Position numbers and translations under genes: made by a program. The notes under the pieces are model-generated. The model did no database searches and was not told the DNA's origin. It worked only from the letters and a program-made list of their open reading frames with translations. This document shows, piece after piece, positions 29,171 to 45,440 of a DNA stretch of 64,000 bases. The DNA comes from the human T2T-CHM13v2.0 reference genome, Homo sapiens. The stretch lies in the NCBI RefSeq assembly GCF_009914755.1, contig NC_060937.1. One strand, written 5' to 3'. Positions within the stretch are counted from its first letter, which is position 1, and every line of letters starts with the position of its first letter.

Positions 29171-30879
29171 ACTTTCCCCTAATCTTAAACTTGCTTCCCA
29201 GTGGCTTTTTTTTCCCTTCTCTGTGGTTTCTCACAACCTCAGTATTGATATTGTAGTAGCTGGCTTTCTTCTCTTGATGAAGAAGAGTTTTGTAGTTTGT
29301 GGTGCTACCTAACTCATGAGGGTTTAAAATATCACAAAGCTCAATGGTCATGTGAGGAAAATTATTATATTTTCTTGGACACCATATTTAAAAATGTGAT
29401 TGAATCAAGCTTTCCCGAGTATAACCAAATTAATAGCACAGTTTGGAATTCTACCCCCATCTGCATACTCTTGCCCTCAGGGTAGAATTCCTCTCTTTTC
29501 TTTCCACTAATTATTCAGGGTTTATCTAAAGATTTCCCTGAAGACCCTGGTTCCCAGTGATTTTCTCTGGCTCCTATACCACTCATGGCTTATAGCATTT
29601 CTTTGGCACATACTTTGTACCCCATTGAGATGGTGTTTCTATTGTACTGAAGTTAACTTTATATAATTATCAATACATTTCATACTTAGAAATTCTACCT
29701 CCCTAACTAGAGTATAAACTCTTTGAAGATAAGAAATTAGAGGGCAAAATGTATTTTATTTCCAGTTTTTATTGCCATTATTGATAATACTTCACACAGT
29801 TAAAGAGAAAAAAAAACCTACATTTATTTATTTATTTACTTATTTATTTACCAAATCCTCACATCACAGCTGCATGTGAATCAAGTATGTCTATTTTGCA
29901 AATGTCAAAGGATGGACAGAGCTTGCAAGTGAATTGATTAAGGTCAATAGCACGTGTTCTAGAATCTGCAGTTGCCCGTTTGCTCTGGTGAGTCAGCATC
30001 CTGCTGACTGCTGCCAAAGTCTTGGCCTGCCTCCACAGATGTGCAAGCTGCCATGACCCTCCAGCCGCCCCTAGGTCCTTGAATATGTGTGCTCTGACTG
30101 CTAGGATCAAGTCTATGAAGCCTTACTTTCCTGTTTATACCAGTGACCATCAGGAGCTGAAGACTTTTGCATTATCCAAGATCATTATTCCAACCTGTGT
30201 GTCTGATTTCTTCTGCCTTCTCAAATCCAACACCAATACCTGCACTATCTCTGAAATCTGCAAGTCAGATATCTCACATTATGGTCATTATTTCCTACCA
30301 TTCCAGCTAACTTACTCCATTATTTTTACTTTTATTCAGTTATTGACATGATATTCACAAAATAGATCTATGGTTTAGGAAACTGTTTGCAATGCAATTT
30401 TAATTGAAAAAGAAGAATATAAAATTGTCATGTAAAAATTCATTGGAAAAAGACAGCTAATATAAAAAGGGGTGATGGACTTATGGGTGTTTTTGCCAAT
30501 TTTAGAATAAAATATATTCTACTCCTTTATTTCTAATTCCAAAATCACTTTATCTTATGGAAATGTTCAATGTACTTACTCTTCTCCCTCATTTTTTTTT
30601 TCTCTTATTTCTCTCTTTACTAAATCTCCATTTAGATGATCTAGTACCTTCAAAGCAGGTGAATACAATTCTAATCAGCCTTGGATAAAGCTATAAAGAA
30701 AGGCATGTCAAATTCAGGTTATATGTTTAAACTGCATGTCTCCCTGACACTTCCACACTATGGAAAATGTTGTCTCACTTGTTTTGCAATAGAAGTATTT
30801 TGGATCAAATTATATGAAACGAGGTCTCTACATTAAAAATATAATCATGTGGTAATGGCTACTGTCCCCCCAAAAAACA

Positions 30880-32790
<1,911 letters not shown>

Positions 32791-33221
32791 ATTGTCATCT
32801 GCAGCTAAACAAGAACAAAAATTGATTTGGCTTTCAGTCTTTGAACTTCTTAAGCAAAGGCATCTTTAAAACTGGAAATCAGGAAGGAAAGAAAAAGAGA
32901 GAAAGAGAAAAAGGGGAAATAATTGAAATCCTTGGTCAATTCTCAGTATCTCTATTCCTGACTTTGAGAGAGCTCAGTCTGGACAAATTAGTCTACAATT
33001 ATGGGTTGGTTTTCCATTTCTTATTTAACGACATTGGCCCTGCAGCCTCAGCCTGGTGGTTTTCCATAAAAGACTAGATTTTTCTGAAGATTTCTCATAT
33101 CTAAGCACTTGTCACTTGGGCTTACAAGTTGGATTTTCCTTTAAGAGCCTGAACTAAATGCTTTAAATGGACCCATACAGTAAGTTTAATTAATAATTAT
33201 GAATAGGAATGAAATGCAGAA

Positions 33222-33254
33222 GCGCCCTCTGGTGGTTTAATATATAGGAATGCA
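33222..33254 (-). promoter_or_regulatory. Candidate CTCF site (core plus possible upstream module)
   Basis: Minus strand reads TGCATTCCTATATATTAAA-CCACCAGAGGGCGC; the core fits the CCASYAGRKGGCRS consensus. Confidence 0.7.
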
Positions 33255-35286
33255 AAAATAGCAACGTGGAATCAAGATTCTTTTCACAGTGGGGCCAATA
33301 GGAGATTATTAAAACGTGCTTCTGCTTCTCCCTGTCTTTCCCTTCCTCTGCCTCTTCCTCCTTATTCTTTTCCTTAATTCAAAATATAATATGAGTTAGA
33401 ATGGGAAAATTTATGACAATATCTAGCAGAAATCCATGTGGAGAAGCAACTTGTGGAAAACTGAAAGGATCCATGCCTCCAAGTAAACACTTTAAACAGA
33501 AGACCTTCTTTACTCTTTGCTAACCATAGCATAAACATACCTCTAATTCTTGCCAAGCAGAGATAGTATGTGTTTCCTCTCTTACTTAACCTTAACATTA
33601 CTTTATTTGGTTTTCCCCAAGAACTGGGCACCTTGTACAAATTTGGAATTTTCCTTATGGGTAGCTTGTTTAAAGGCAGTGCTTTATGGAGTCTTAATAA
33701 TTTATAACTTCCTATAAATATTCCTTGTTGCAATACTAGAATGTACTAGTGTTTTAAAAGTGGTATTATGGTTATAACTTTTATATGTTTTCCGTACCTG
33801 GCTTATGGAATTATTTGTACCTTGAATGTAGCATATCTACTATTTGGATGGCAGTTGTTTCATAGTTTTAGGGCATAATATTTTGTAATCACTTATTTTT
33901 ATTTATTTTTTTTTCATTTCTATTGATACAAATGTAGCAACATAGTAAAAGCTCTTCTCCTCCTCCTTTTTTGTAGGGTGGGGACAGTATATTATACGAG
34001 TTCTCTTTCTCCTGCATCTGAAAGATTTTCCTTCTGCCATTTACATTTTATATACATTTTATGATTTCATCTATTTGCATGGGTTTAACTATTGGCTCTA
34101 TGCATGCAATTCTATTCATTAACTTGGTTTTGATCTCCAATCTATTATTTAGAGCTGTCTTTTAGAAATTACCTCACAATTAAAGCTCAAAATGAGAATT
34201 AATCTCTCCCTCCAAAAAAAAAAACAGGTACACCATAAACTAAATTTGTTCTACCTTCTAACTTCCATATATCAGTGTCTGGCTCTTTAATCATCCCGAT
34301 TACTAGGTTTAAAACCACCAAGAGCTTTAACTTCTTCATTCTTACCTTATATAGGGAGTCAACCCCTAGTCAAATACCATTCATTGCACTCATAAAGGAA
34401 CTTTCCCTTTTCCTCTCTGATTTCACTGGTTCTGAGTTTATTCCAATATTCTCTTACCTCACCTATTGGAATAGTCCCTTTGTTGATTGCAATGACTATA
34501 GCAGATCTTTCTAAAACAGGGCTTTGATAATTCTGTTCCCTTGCCCATTAGTTATTAATATAGTACAATAGTCTGAAAAATAAAATCCAAATCTAATGTA
34601 TCTGGGACATTACCTCTGCCCCCATAGTGACCTGGCCCAACTTACTACCTTCCTAAATTTGTTCTCATTGAAATAAAACTAAAATCGTGGACTTTCTCTC
34701 TGTGTTGAAGAATTAGCTTCTCCAACACTGAGAAGAACAGATTTGTGGGAACAGATTTTACCCCTAAAATCAGCCAGCAATTTTAGAAACTAGTTCTCAG
34801 AACATGAGAAAATAAACTCAAATTTGTTGTTATAACAGAAAAAATTACCAATAGCATAGTTCCTCTGGACAGTTTAAAATTAGCTTTTAATATAATGATA
34901 TGAGTTATTTAATATAATGGAGCACAGCACATGTGTCCACAAACTACTTTGTTTCTTATTTTATTTATGTATCATTATTATTATCAAGGATACATGCAGA
35001 CTCATGCCTTATGTAATCTATTAACCGCCTCTCTGTTAACACCAAGCATCCCAGATGTGGCCTGAAGCAAAGCAATCAGTTACCCTGACATCCAAGGGAC
35101 TGTGAAGTGAGCCTGTGCCTCCTCCTCTAACCCAGTGTGCTTAATAATCACTCGAACTACCTCCTTTTTTTTTTCAATTTGTAATTTCCTTTTCAATTTG
35201 TAATATTCTAAACATTTTTGCTTTTCAACTTGTATTATTATTAATAAACATTAAGGAAGTACCATTGCAAAAGAAATGGAGACTAT

Positions 35287-35612
35287 GGGGTAGGCACGGT
35301 GTCTCATGCCTGTAATTCCAGCATTTTGGGAGGCTGAGGTGGGAGGATCACTTGAGGCCAGGGGTTTGAGACCAGCCCTGGCAACATAGTGAGATCCCAT
35401 CTCTACAAAAAAATAAAAGGATAAAAAATAAGCCAGGCATGGTGGCATGCGCCTATAGTCCAGCTACTCTGTAAGGCCAAGGTGGGAGGATTGCTTGAGC
35501 CAGGGAGGTCAAGGCTGCAGTGAGTCATGATCATGGCACTGCACTCCAGCCTGGGCGACAGAGTGAGATCCTGTCTGGAAAAAAAAAGAAAGAAAACAAA
35601 AACAAAAAGAAA
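35287..35612 (+). mobile_element. AluJ
   Basis: Sense Alu: ggaggatcacttgaggcc, gcaacatagtgaga, ggaggtcaaggctgcagtgag. Confidence 0.92.
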
Positions 35613-38600
35613 GAGGAGCTCCGCTTTTTGAGTCTAATGAAAATAAACAATTGAAGTTATTCTTTACAAAGTTTTTTTGTAAAATGCTTTGAAAATCTGA
35701 ACATTTGAATAAGACTGAGTGCACAGTTGGGGGAGGCTCTAAAGATAAGTTTGTGCTTTTGCACGTAGTGCCAAGATTACAGTGAGAATGGGGAAAGTCA
35801 GCTAAGTGACAAGCAGTTGTTGAAACAAATACTTGATCAGAATGGTGGAAGTGATATGGGCTAGGAGCAACTAAGAGAGTCATTTCAAGGTGAGATGGGA
35901 ACTTGAAAATCAGTGGGAAGCCTGGGAAGGAACTGAAAACCGGAGTAGATAAGCATTAGGGAGGAAAACAATTTTTTCCAAGACATTTCAGACTGATTGC
36001 AGGGGAAAATGGTAGAGACCAGGGAGGAGAATTAAGAAGGAAATTGCAGTATAAGTCAGAGACGAAAAATTGTCAACGTAAGTGTGAAGGTTTTTTCAAT
36101 GGCAAGAAGGTACTAGTATTGAAAGGTGCCACCCAAATTGGCTCACCTCTAGGGAGCTGAGGTGACAGGGTAGTGTCCTGATAACAGATGGTTTTCCTTT
36201 TCTTTTCAATAAAGTATGAAGTTAATCTCCCTCATAGCAAGTCAACAAATATAAGGGCTTTGAAATTTACTTGCATTTATTAGAATCAGCTATATATGCT
36301 TTTATCTTTGGATACAATCAAAGATATCTTATAAGTCTATGGCTAGAGCATTTTCTTTTGTATTTGAAAAAATAATTGCAAAGATGATAATGGGGATAAA
36401 GGTGTTGCAAGGCTGGTATTTTTCAGCTCTCAGTCTGCCTTCCTAGGAAACATGTTCAATAAATAGCAGTTACAATCTGAGGTCTGACGAGGGAGGGACA
36501 GGATGAGATAAGATTTCTCTGAACTCATAACTTCAAAGTCGTTTTATTTTCTTGAGTTTCAAAGATGAGAAAACTAAGATACATAGAAGTTCCATAACTT
36601 GCCTCAAACCCTATGACAAGGCACACTGGATCGTGATTGCAGATTCTGTTTCCCTTCCTCTTTGCTTCTTTATTTCAAACTGTTCTGTGGTGTGGCCAAA
36701 TAATCTTACTCTATCCACTTAAAACCACTGTCAACTTAGATCGTCTTCCTTGGGTTCTTGTTACTAGGAGTTGTTGATGAACATACAGCGAACATACTTT
36801 CCTCATTTTTGTGAATAATTTAGCACGTTTCTAATAGATTTATACTTCACTATCACTATTTTTCAAAGTGGAAATTCACTTTGAGCCTTTTACCACCTTA
36901 TCCTTATGCTTCTTTTACTTCTCACTGTCAATCATTTGCCCGGCCCTGTTGACTTTGCCTCTCTTCTATCTGTAACTCATGAACACTGTCACTACTGCAG
37001 TTCAAAATTAAGATTTCTTATTCAGGACTACTTGAAAAGTCTATTAACAGTTTACTTGCCTTGAATGGTTTTCTCTCTCTAGTCCAACTTCTACAGTGCG
37101 GCCTCATGCATTTGCTAAACTTCAGCTGTGGCATTTTACATTTTGAGCAACCATCAGGAGCTTTTATCTAGAAAATAAAGCTCCTTAGCCTGGCATTTAA
37201 AGCCCTCCAAAATCTTTTCTCTGACTTACCCTTTAAATATAATTTCCTTTTATGCTTACCAGTCAGGAACCCATCTTTCCAAGCAAAGCAAAATTTTGTC
37301 AATTGTCCATGTCAGCCTCATGTTTTCTGGCACCTACCCTCTGAGGACTTTTCCTTTGCCCATCATCACTGTTCTTTGTTCTGAGAAAACTCTCTATCAA
37401 ATCCATATCCAAGTGCTACTCTTGTCCCTCCTGTGCGTCTCTGAAATCCACTCCTTCCATTTTACTGCTTCTCTGCCGACTTCTGGCCTTGACATTTTCC
37501 ATGGGCCTGCTGAAGGACCTCCCTTTTTCCTCCATCTGCACAGCTGCTGTGATGAGTTTTCTCATGTGGAAATCTGAAGCAGCGCTTTCCCTGCTTGGAA
37601 GCTTTTGCCTGCATTCCATTTGCTCTCACAAGTCCTTTAGCTCGGTATCCAAGTCGTATGATGGCATGTTTATGTCTTTCACACCAGCCTTACCTCTTCT
37701 TGCTACACCCATTTCTCACACCATGTACTTCTTGTTCCAAATGCACAGTGTAGTTGCTAGAACCATGTGTTACAACGTTTTGACATCCTTGTAATGGGTT
37801 GCTCTTGTCATGTTATATGACAGTTGCTATTTTACCTGTGTAACTTTCATCTCAACTGTGTACATGAGGCCATGCCTTATTCAGATTTGTATCTCTAGCA
37901 ATTAACATAGTAGGGTATAACAGATATTTATTTTTAATCTGATTGAACTGAAATAAACCTCAACATATCCAGGCTCAACAGATGCTCCAAGTCTCATCCC
38001 GATGGATAGTAGCCTTTCCCGGGGTAGTCTTTGCTGATATCCTTCTTCACCCACCACCCCCACTGGGCAAGGATCCCACCTCTCTCAGACATCCATTGTC
38101 AGCCTCACTTTTTTGACACATACAACTTGCATTTTGATGATTGGAAGGATTCCTTTATTTCTTCCCTCTTAAATTACAAGCTCTATTAGGAGAAACTTTA
38201 GTTACTCATATTTTCCCTATTATAACATTTAATATATGTGCTTTGCAAATACTAGAAATAAAATAAATATGGGTAAAATAAATGAAATGGATGCATAGCT
38301 TCTTCAATACTCATTACATGGAAAATCAAAGAGATTTATAACTTTAAGGGAACTTTGGAATAATTTGTTCTAACTTCTTCATTGTGCACATTAGGAAATC
38401 ACATTCAAAGAGGTTCTGTTATATTTTTAAGGTCTCAATATAAAGAAAGGAAAAATTAGGACCAGAACCAGAGTCTCCTGATTCCAGGCAATGCTTTTAC
38501 GTATTTCCAGTTATATTACTCTGCCTTTTCAATTATACAAGGTATCATATAAATCTTTTTGATGCTTTATATGGTAAAATAATTACTTAATTTTTTCAAT

Positions 38601-39252
38601 GATAATTATGTAAATTATACAGAGCTCTTTACTGGATAAGTATTAAAGAAACAATACATTTTTCAATGGGGATAAATTATTTTTTAAAAAACACTGTAAT
38701 AACACCCTAAAATTACACCAGACTGAGAAAGAAGATGCAGAACTATTATACAAGGAGATCTTCATATTAAAAATATTAATCGTCATTTCTAAGAAAGGAC
38801 GTTAAGAAGAAAACTACAAAGATATTTGCTTTTGGCCTTGGAATTCATTTAGAAAAGGATCCCATATTCAACAGCAACTTATTTCATTTTAAAATAGGAC
38901 AAGTATGTGATTAGTTATACATATAAATCATAAATAATATCTATTTTGGTAAAGTAATGTTACACAAATAAGTCAGTTTATTAATATAGTTGTCTGATTT
39001 TGCGTATCTTACACATGTATACTGCATACCACATAAATGTCCATGACATCCATTTATCATAATTGCCGTATTCAGATAATTTACTTTCCTCTGTTAGAAA
39101 AATTGACAAACATTATATATACATATTATATTTAAGATTAATATTGAGGTGAAAGCAAAAACGTGTCATTGTTTTGGGCCCTATGAAACATCACATTCTC
39201 AGAAAGGTGGAGTACGATTTCTAACTACCTTTTAATGTTTTCTATTTAAAAG

Positions 39253-39386
39253 GTAAATAGGATTTGTGGCCGCCCTGTAAGAACACCCACACAAAGCCCC
39301 CGTTGTTCTTTTGATCAGAGCAAAGAGAAGCATGGAATGAAGACCACCACAAGGAACAGTGAAGAGACGCTTGCCAACAGAAGAAA
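39253..39386 (+). CDS. GPC5: Glypican-5 coding exon 4 (134 nt; about V341-K385)
   Basis: Branch-like ctaAc at 39221-39225, acceptor aaag| at 39252, donor AAA|gtaaga at 39387. In frame with exon 3: VNRICGRPVRTPTQSPRCSFDQSKEKHGMKTTTRNSEETLANRR(K), matching recalled GPC5. Not in the ORF track. Confidence 0.97.
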
Positions 39387-39649
39387 GTAAGACATTTGTT
39401 TTACAACCAGAAAGAGAAAAGAAAGTAAGCCATTAATTTTACAACAGAATAGAACATATTCAATTAAATCGAATAAAATTCAATATGGACAAAAAAAAAA
39501 AGGATCAATATTCATTAACTTTAAAAATCAGTGGCTGCACCTGTTCCATTAATTTGGAAGACAGGTTCCACTTATAAGACCAAGAAAACTTTTTGTGATA
39601 ATGGAAGATTTCCATAATATAACATGGAAGGTCATATTGGGGGCCCTGG

Positions 39650-39792
39650 GCACATGTGACATCATACGCTTAAAATGTGACCAGTGTGACTGAGGATTGA
39701 ATTTTAAATTGTAAATGTGGCTAGTGGCTACTGACTGATGATTATAATTTTAAATTGTAAATATGGCTAGTGGCTATTGTATTGGACAGTGA
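39650..39792. mobile_element. MER3-like hAT MITE fragment with internal ~45-bp tandem duplication
   Basis: cacatgtgac...aaaatgtgaccagtgtgactgagga...tggctagtggcta...tattggacagtg. Confidence 0.7.
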
Positions 39793-40679
39793 AAGACAGA
39801 AAGATAATACATTTACATGATGTGATAGGTATTACTGAATGTTTAACATATATTTTAAAAAGTTGAATAAGAAGAAGTTTTCATAATTTTACATGAAATG
39901 CTAGAAATGGTTATCTATTGATTCAAAATAATACACATCCCATAGGGCTCGCTAACTCACATTTCTACCACCATGTCCATCATATTTCACAGGTTAAATT
40001 CAGGCCTCATTTTGTGTTCCTTTGCTTGATAATGGATGCTTAAAATGTAAAGCTCTTAAAACTAGAGGAAATTATTATATGTGTGTGTGTTTAGTTGACC
40101 AGTCAGTGTATGTCCTGGCAAACACTAGATTCTAAGTCAGTACTTTTTGAATTGGACTGAAATTCAGAATTTTATATTCATTTAGTAAATAATTATTTCT
40201 AATAATACTCTATGAATAATTCATATATAAGGTATTTCACATAAGCTTTCTATAATCTAAAATCTGTTTCTTTCTTTTTTGGGATAGGACACCTAATTGC
40301 CTCATTCTCTCATCAGATGGGCTGTATGCATGGGATAAAGATCTGGGCTATTGCTGGCTATTTTCTACAGCTAAAAAGAATTAGCATTTTATTTTACATG
40401 TAAAGTAGCTGTTCTTTTTATCTAAACACCTACAATGATCAGCAATCATTTCTTGCACTTGAAAAATCAGTATATTTTGTCTAGGGTGTTTTTATAATAA
40501 AACCCATCTACAGAAGATCTGAAGTCCTTCGAGGTGTTGTATTTCACCAGCAAAACAACCCAGTTGGAAAACAAAACAAAACCCAACCTTTAATATAATC
40601 TATTCACTAGCAAAATGAAACCAATGCAGGTGAAATGTTACAAACTGGCTCAGGAACAATAAGGGGCTCATACAAGTGA

Positions 40680-42200
40680 AAGGTTTTAAAAGTATCTATC
40701 CTGGCCACTGAATAGACCTTCTTGTCACCAATCTTGCAAACTCATTGTTTTGATGTCCCTGACCATCCAGCCATGTTTAGCCATTGTCCATGAATCAGCA
40801 TAGATCCAACACATGCTTGTCTCCTGCCACACGGAGTGAACAACCATAGGAACTGCACATGAGTCCACTTATGCATTTCAATTTTACACTAATTTTTATT
40901 ACCACTCTTTAGAGGGGCTTCATTGCCATGGCATTATATTTCTGCTAGTTGCTTATTTATTGTACAGGTTTCTCTGTAAACTAACCCTGAATTTTATGTA
41001 TCCCTCATCAACTGATTATTCCCCATGAGGTCATAAATTTCCATTGAAATAGATGAGCAATGTAGCACGAGTGGATGCTGAGTCTGGGCTACCTTCTCGT
41101 GTGCCTTGTTCTTTCTCTACCGCTTGAGCCTGATTTCCAATAGATCACTTCCACTTGGTTGTAATTACTTCTATTCGAGCCTAGTCTTATAGCCTGGCAG
41201 ATCAGGTAGTACTTAGTTCTTCACGGCAATCTCAGGTTGCACGGTCACTTGCTAGGTCATGGTCAAGTGTGTAGTTTCTACCAGAGCTCAATTGCAAAGC
41301 AACTAACCAAATAACCAGCTAACCCACACAGCCATGAAACTTCAGATAGCACTGAATAAGTAAACATGCTTAACTGGACTCACCATCAGAGCACCTTGCA
41401 AATGAGTAAGCAACAGAGCCTTTTCTTTCTCAGATTAAAGCTCTTTTGGGCTATTCTGTAAATGGGCTAGAGCAACACACCAAAGTGAATAATATGATTT
41501 TTTTCTAGTATGTAAAGGAATCTAAAAAGCACTCTATCTCTTCCTGAGTTTTAGGTTATCTTAGGTGCAGAAATTTTCCTTTTATATAAGAAGAATATCC
41601 CAGTAACATCCAGGCCACATTTAGAAACATTGCTGAATTGTCAAGCACTGGAAATGTCAATACTTTCCACCACAGAGGCACAAATATGTCTACTAAGACA
41701 TTTGGGTGATGTGATCCATATTTTATTGTCAGCATTATGTCCCACAGGATATCTAGACAATCAAGGCTCCTGTCTACCATGGACTGGGAAAGTTTTTGAC
41801 ATCTAACAGTGAAGGGGTCCTTGCCAGCTAAAAGTGAATTATTTCCAACTGTCCTTACTAATTGGTAAGGAGGTAAAAGAATTTGCCAAATCATTAGCTG
41901 CATAGCAGGTGTCAGGACATATTTGGATTTGCCCAAGTAGTCACCACGTATAAAGGAACATCTGTAATTGGAGTCACCCTCTGACTCTGTTTCTGATAAG
42001 CCAACCTTCACCAAGTCCATCTCAGTGTGCACAGACCAGCCAAATAGGCGAGGTAAGTAGCGAGGTGTTAGGAATCATCACCACTGTGTTTTTCATGTTT
42101 TTGAAGTGGCCCTAATCTCAGCAATTCCACAGGGATATGATACATTTTTGTTTTAGTATTTTTGTCAGGAGAGGAATGTCTTTTTTTTATTGTGTTCAGC
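40680..42200 (-). mobile_element. ERVL-class endogenous retrovirus pol remnant (RT and RNase H), decayed
   Basis: Minus-strand fragments resemble HERV-L pol: ...CYAANDLANSFTSLPISKD...FTFSWQG (RT), ALVET...QVTVQPE (connection), IYADSWTMAK...WSG...KIGDKKV (RNase H). Many stops and frameshifts. Confidence 0.85.
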
Positions 42201-42214
42201 TCAACTTTTAGGTG

Positions 42215-45003
<2,789 letters not shown>

Positions 45004-45440
45004 TTTCAGGAATTTCAATTTGGCGTTCACTCCGTGAGTTGGGGACTCTTTATGGGGATTGTGCGATGGGTAAGTATGTCTAGTTCAAATCTGTGTTCAG
45101 GAGTGTGAAATAACTACAGGGTGGGTCTGTGGACTGAATGTCCCAATGTGAGACAGACTGAGCCTAAAACTCGATTTTCATTTGACCTCTGTAAGCCTCT
45201 ATTTAGACTCACAGGATAATGGTATTCTGGGTCTTTGGGATAAAAGTCAGTACAGAGGTAGTGTCTAATAATTCCTGGAAGGAAAATAGCCACAGGTCCC
45301 TGTAGGGAATGGATGGAGGAAGATTTATATTACATAGTGGTTTTACTTATGCAAGGTTCTTTCTCAAGGGATCCCAGCCTTCAGTCAAGGTGCTTTGATG
45401 TGTGAACTGGGAACTGGGTGAAAGACTGAATTCCTTTTGG
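45004..45440 (-). mobile_element. ERVL internal remnant (protease region), continuation of 40680-42200
   Basis: Minus strand gttttaggctcagtctgtctcaca...cagacccaccctgtagttatttc...gacatactt resembles HERV-L VLAQVRLT...THPVVISP...DIL. Confidence 0.78.

Noticed and set aside
29870-29987. Possible cryptic exon ending at CTG|GTGAGT
   Set aside because: Strong donor but a mediocre acceptor; such pseudo-exons are abundant in long introns and nothing else supports it.
41556-42032. 158-aa ORF as a domesticated retroviral gene
   Set aside because: Only partly in the RT frame, catalytic motif not intact, surrounding pol is full of stops and frameshifts.
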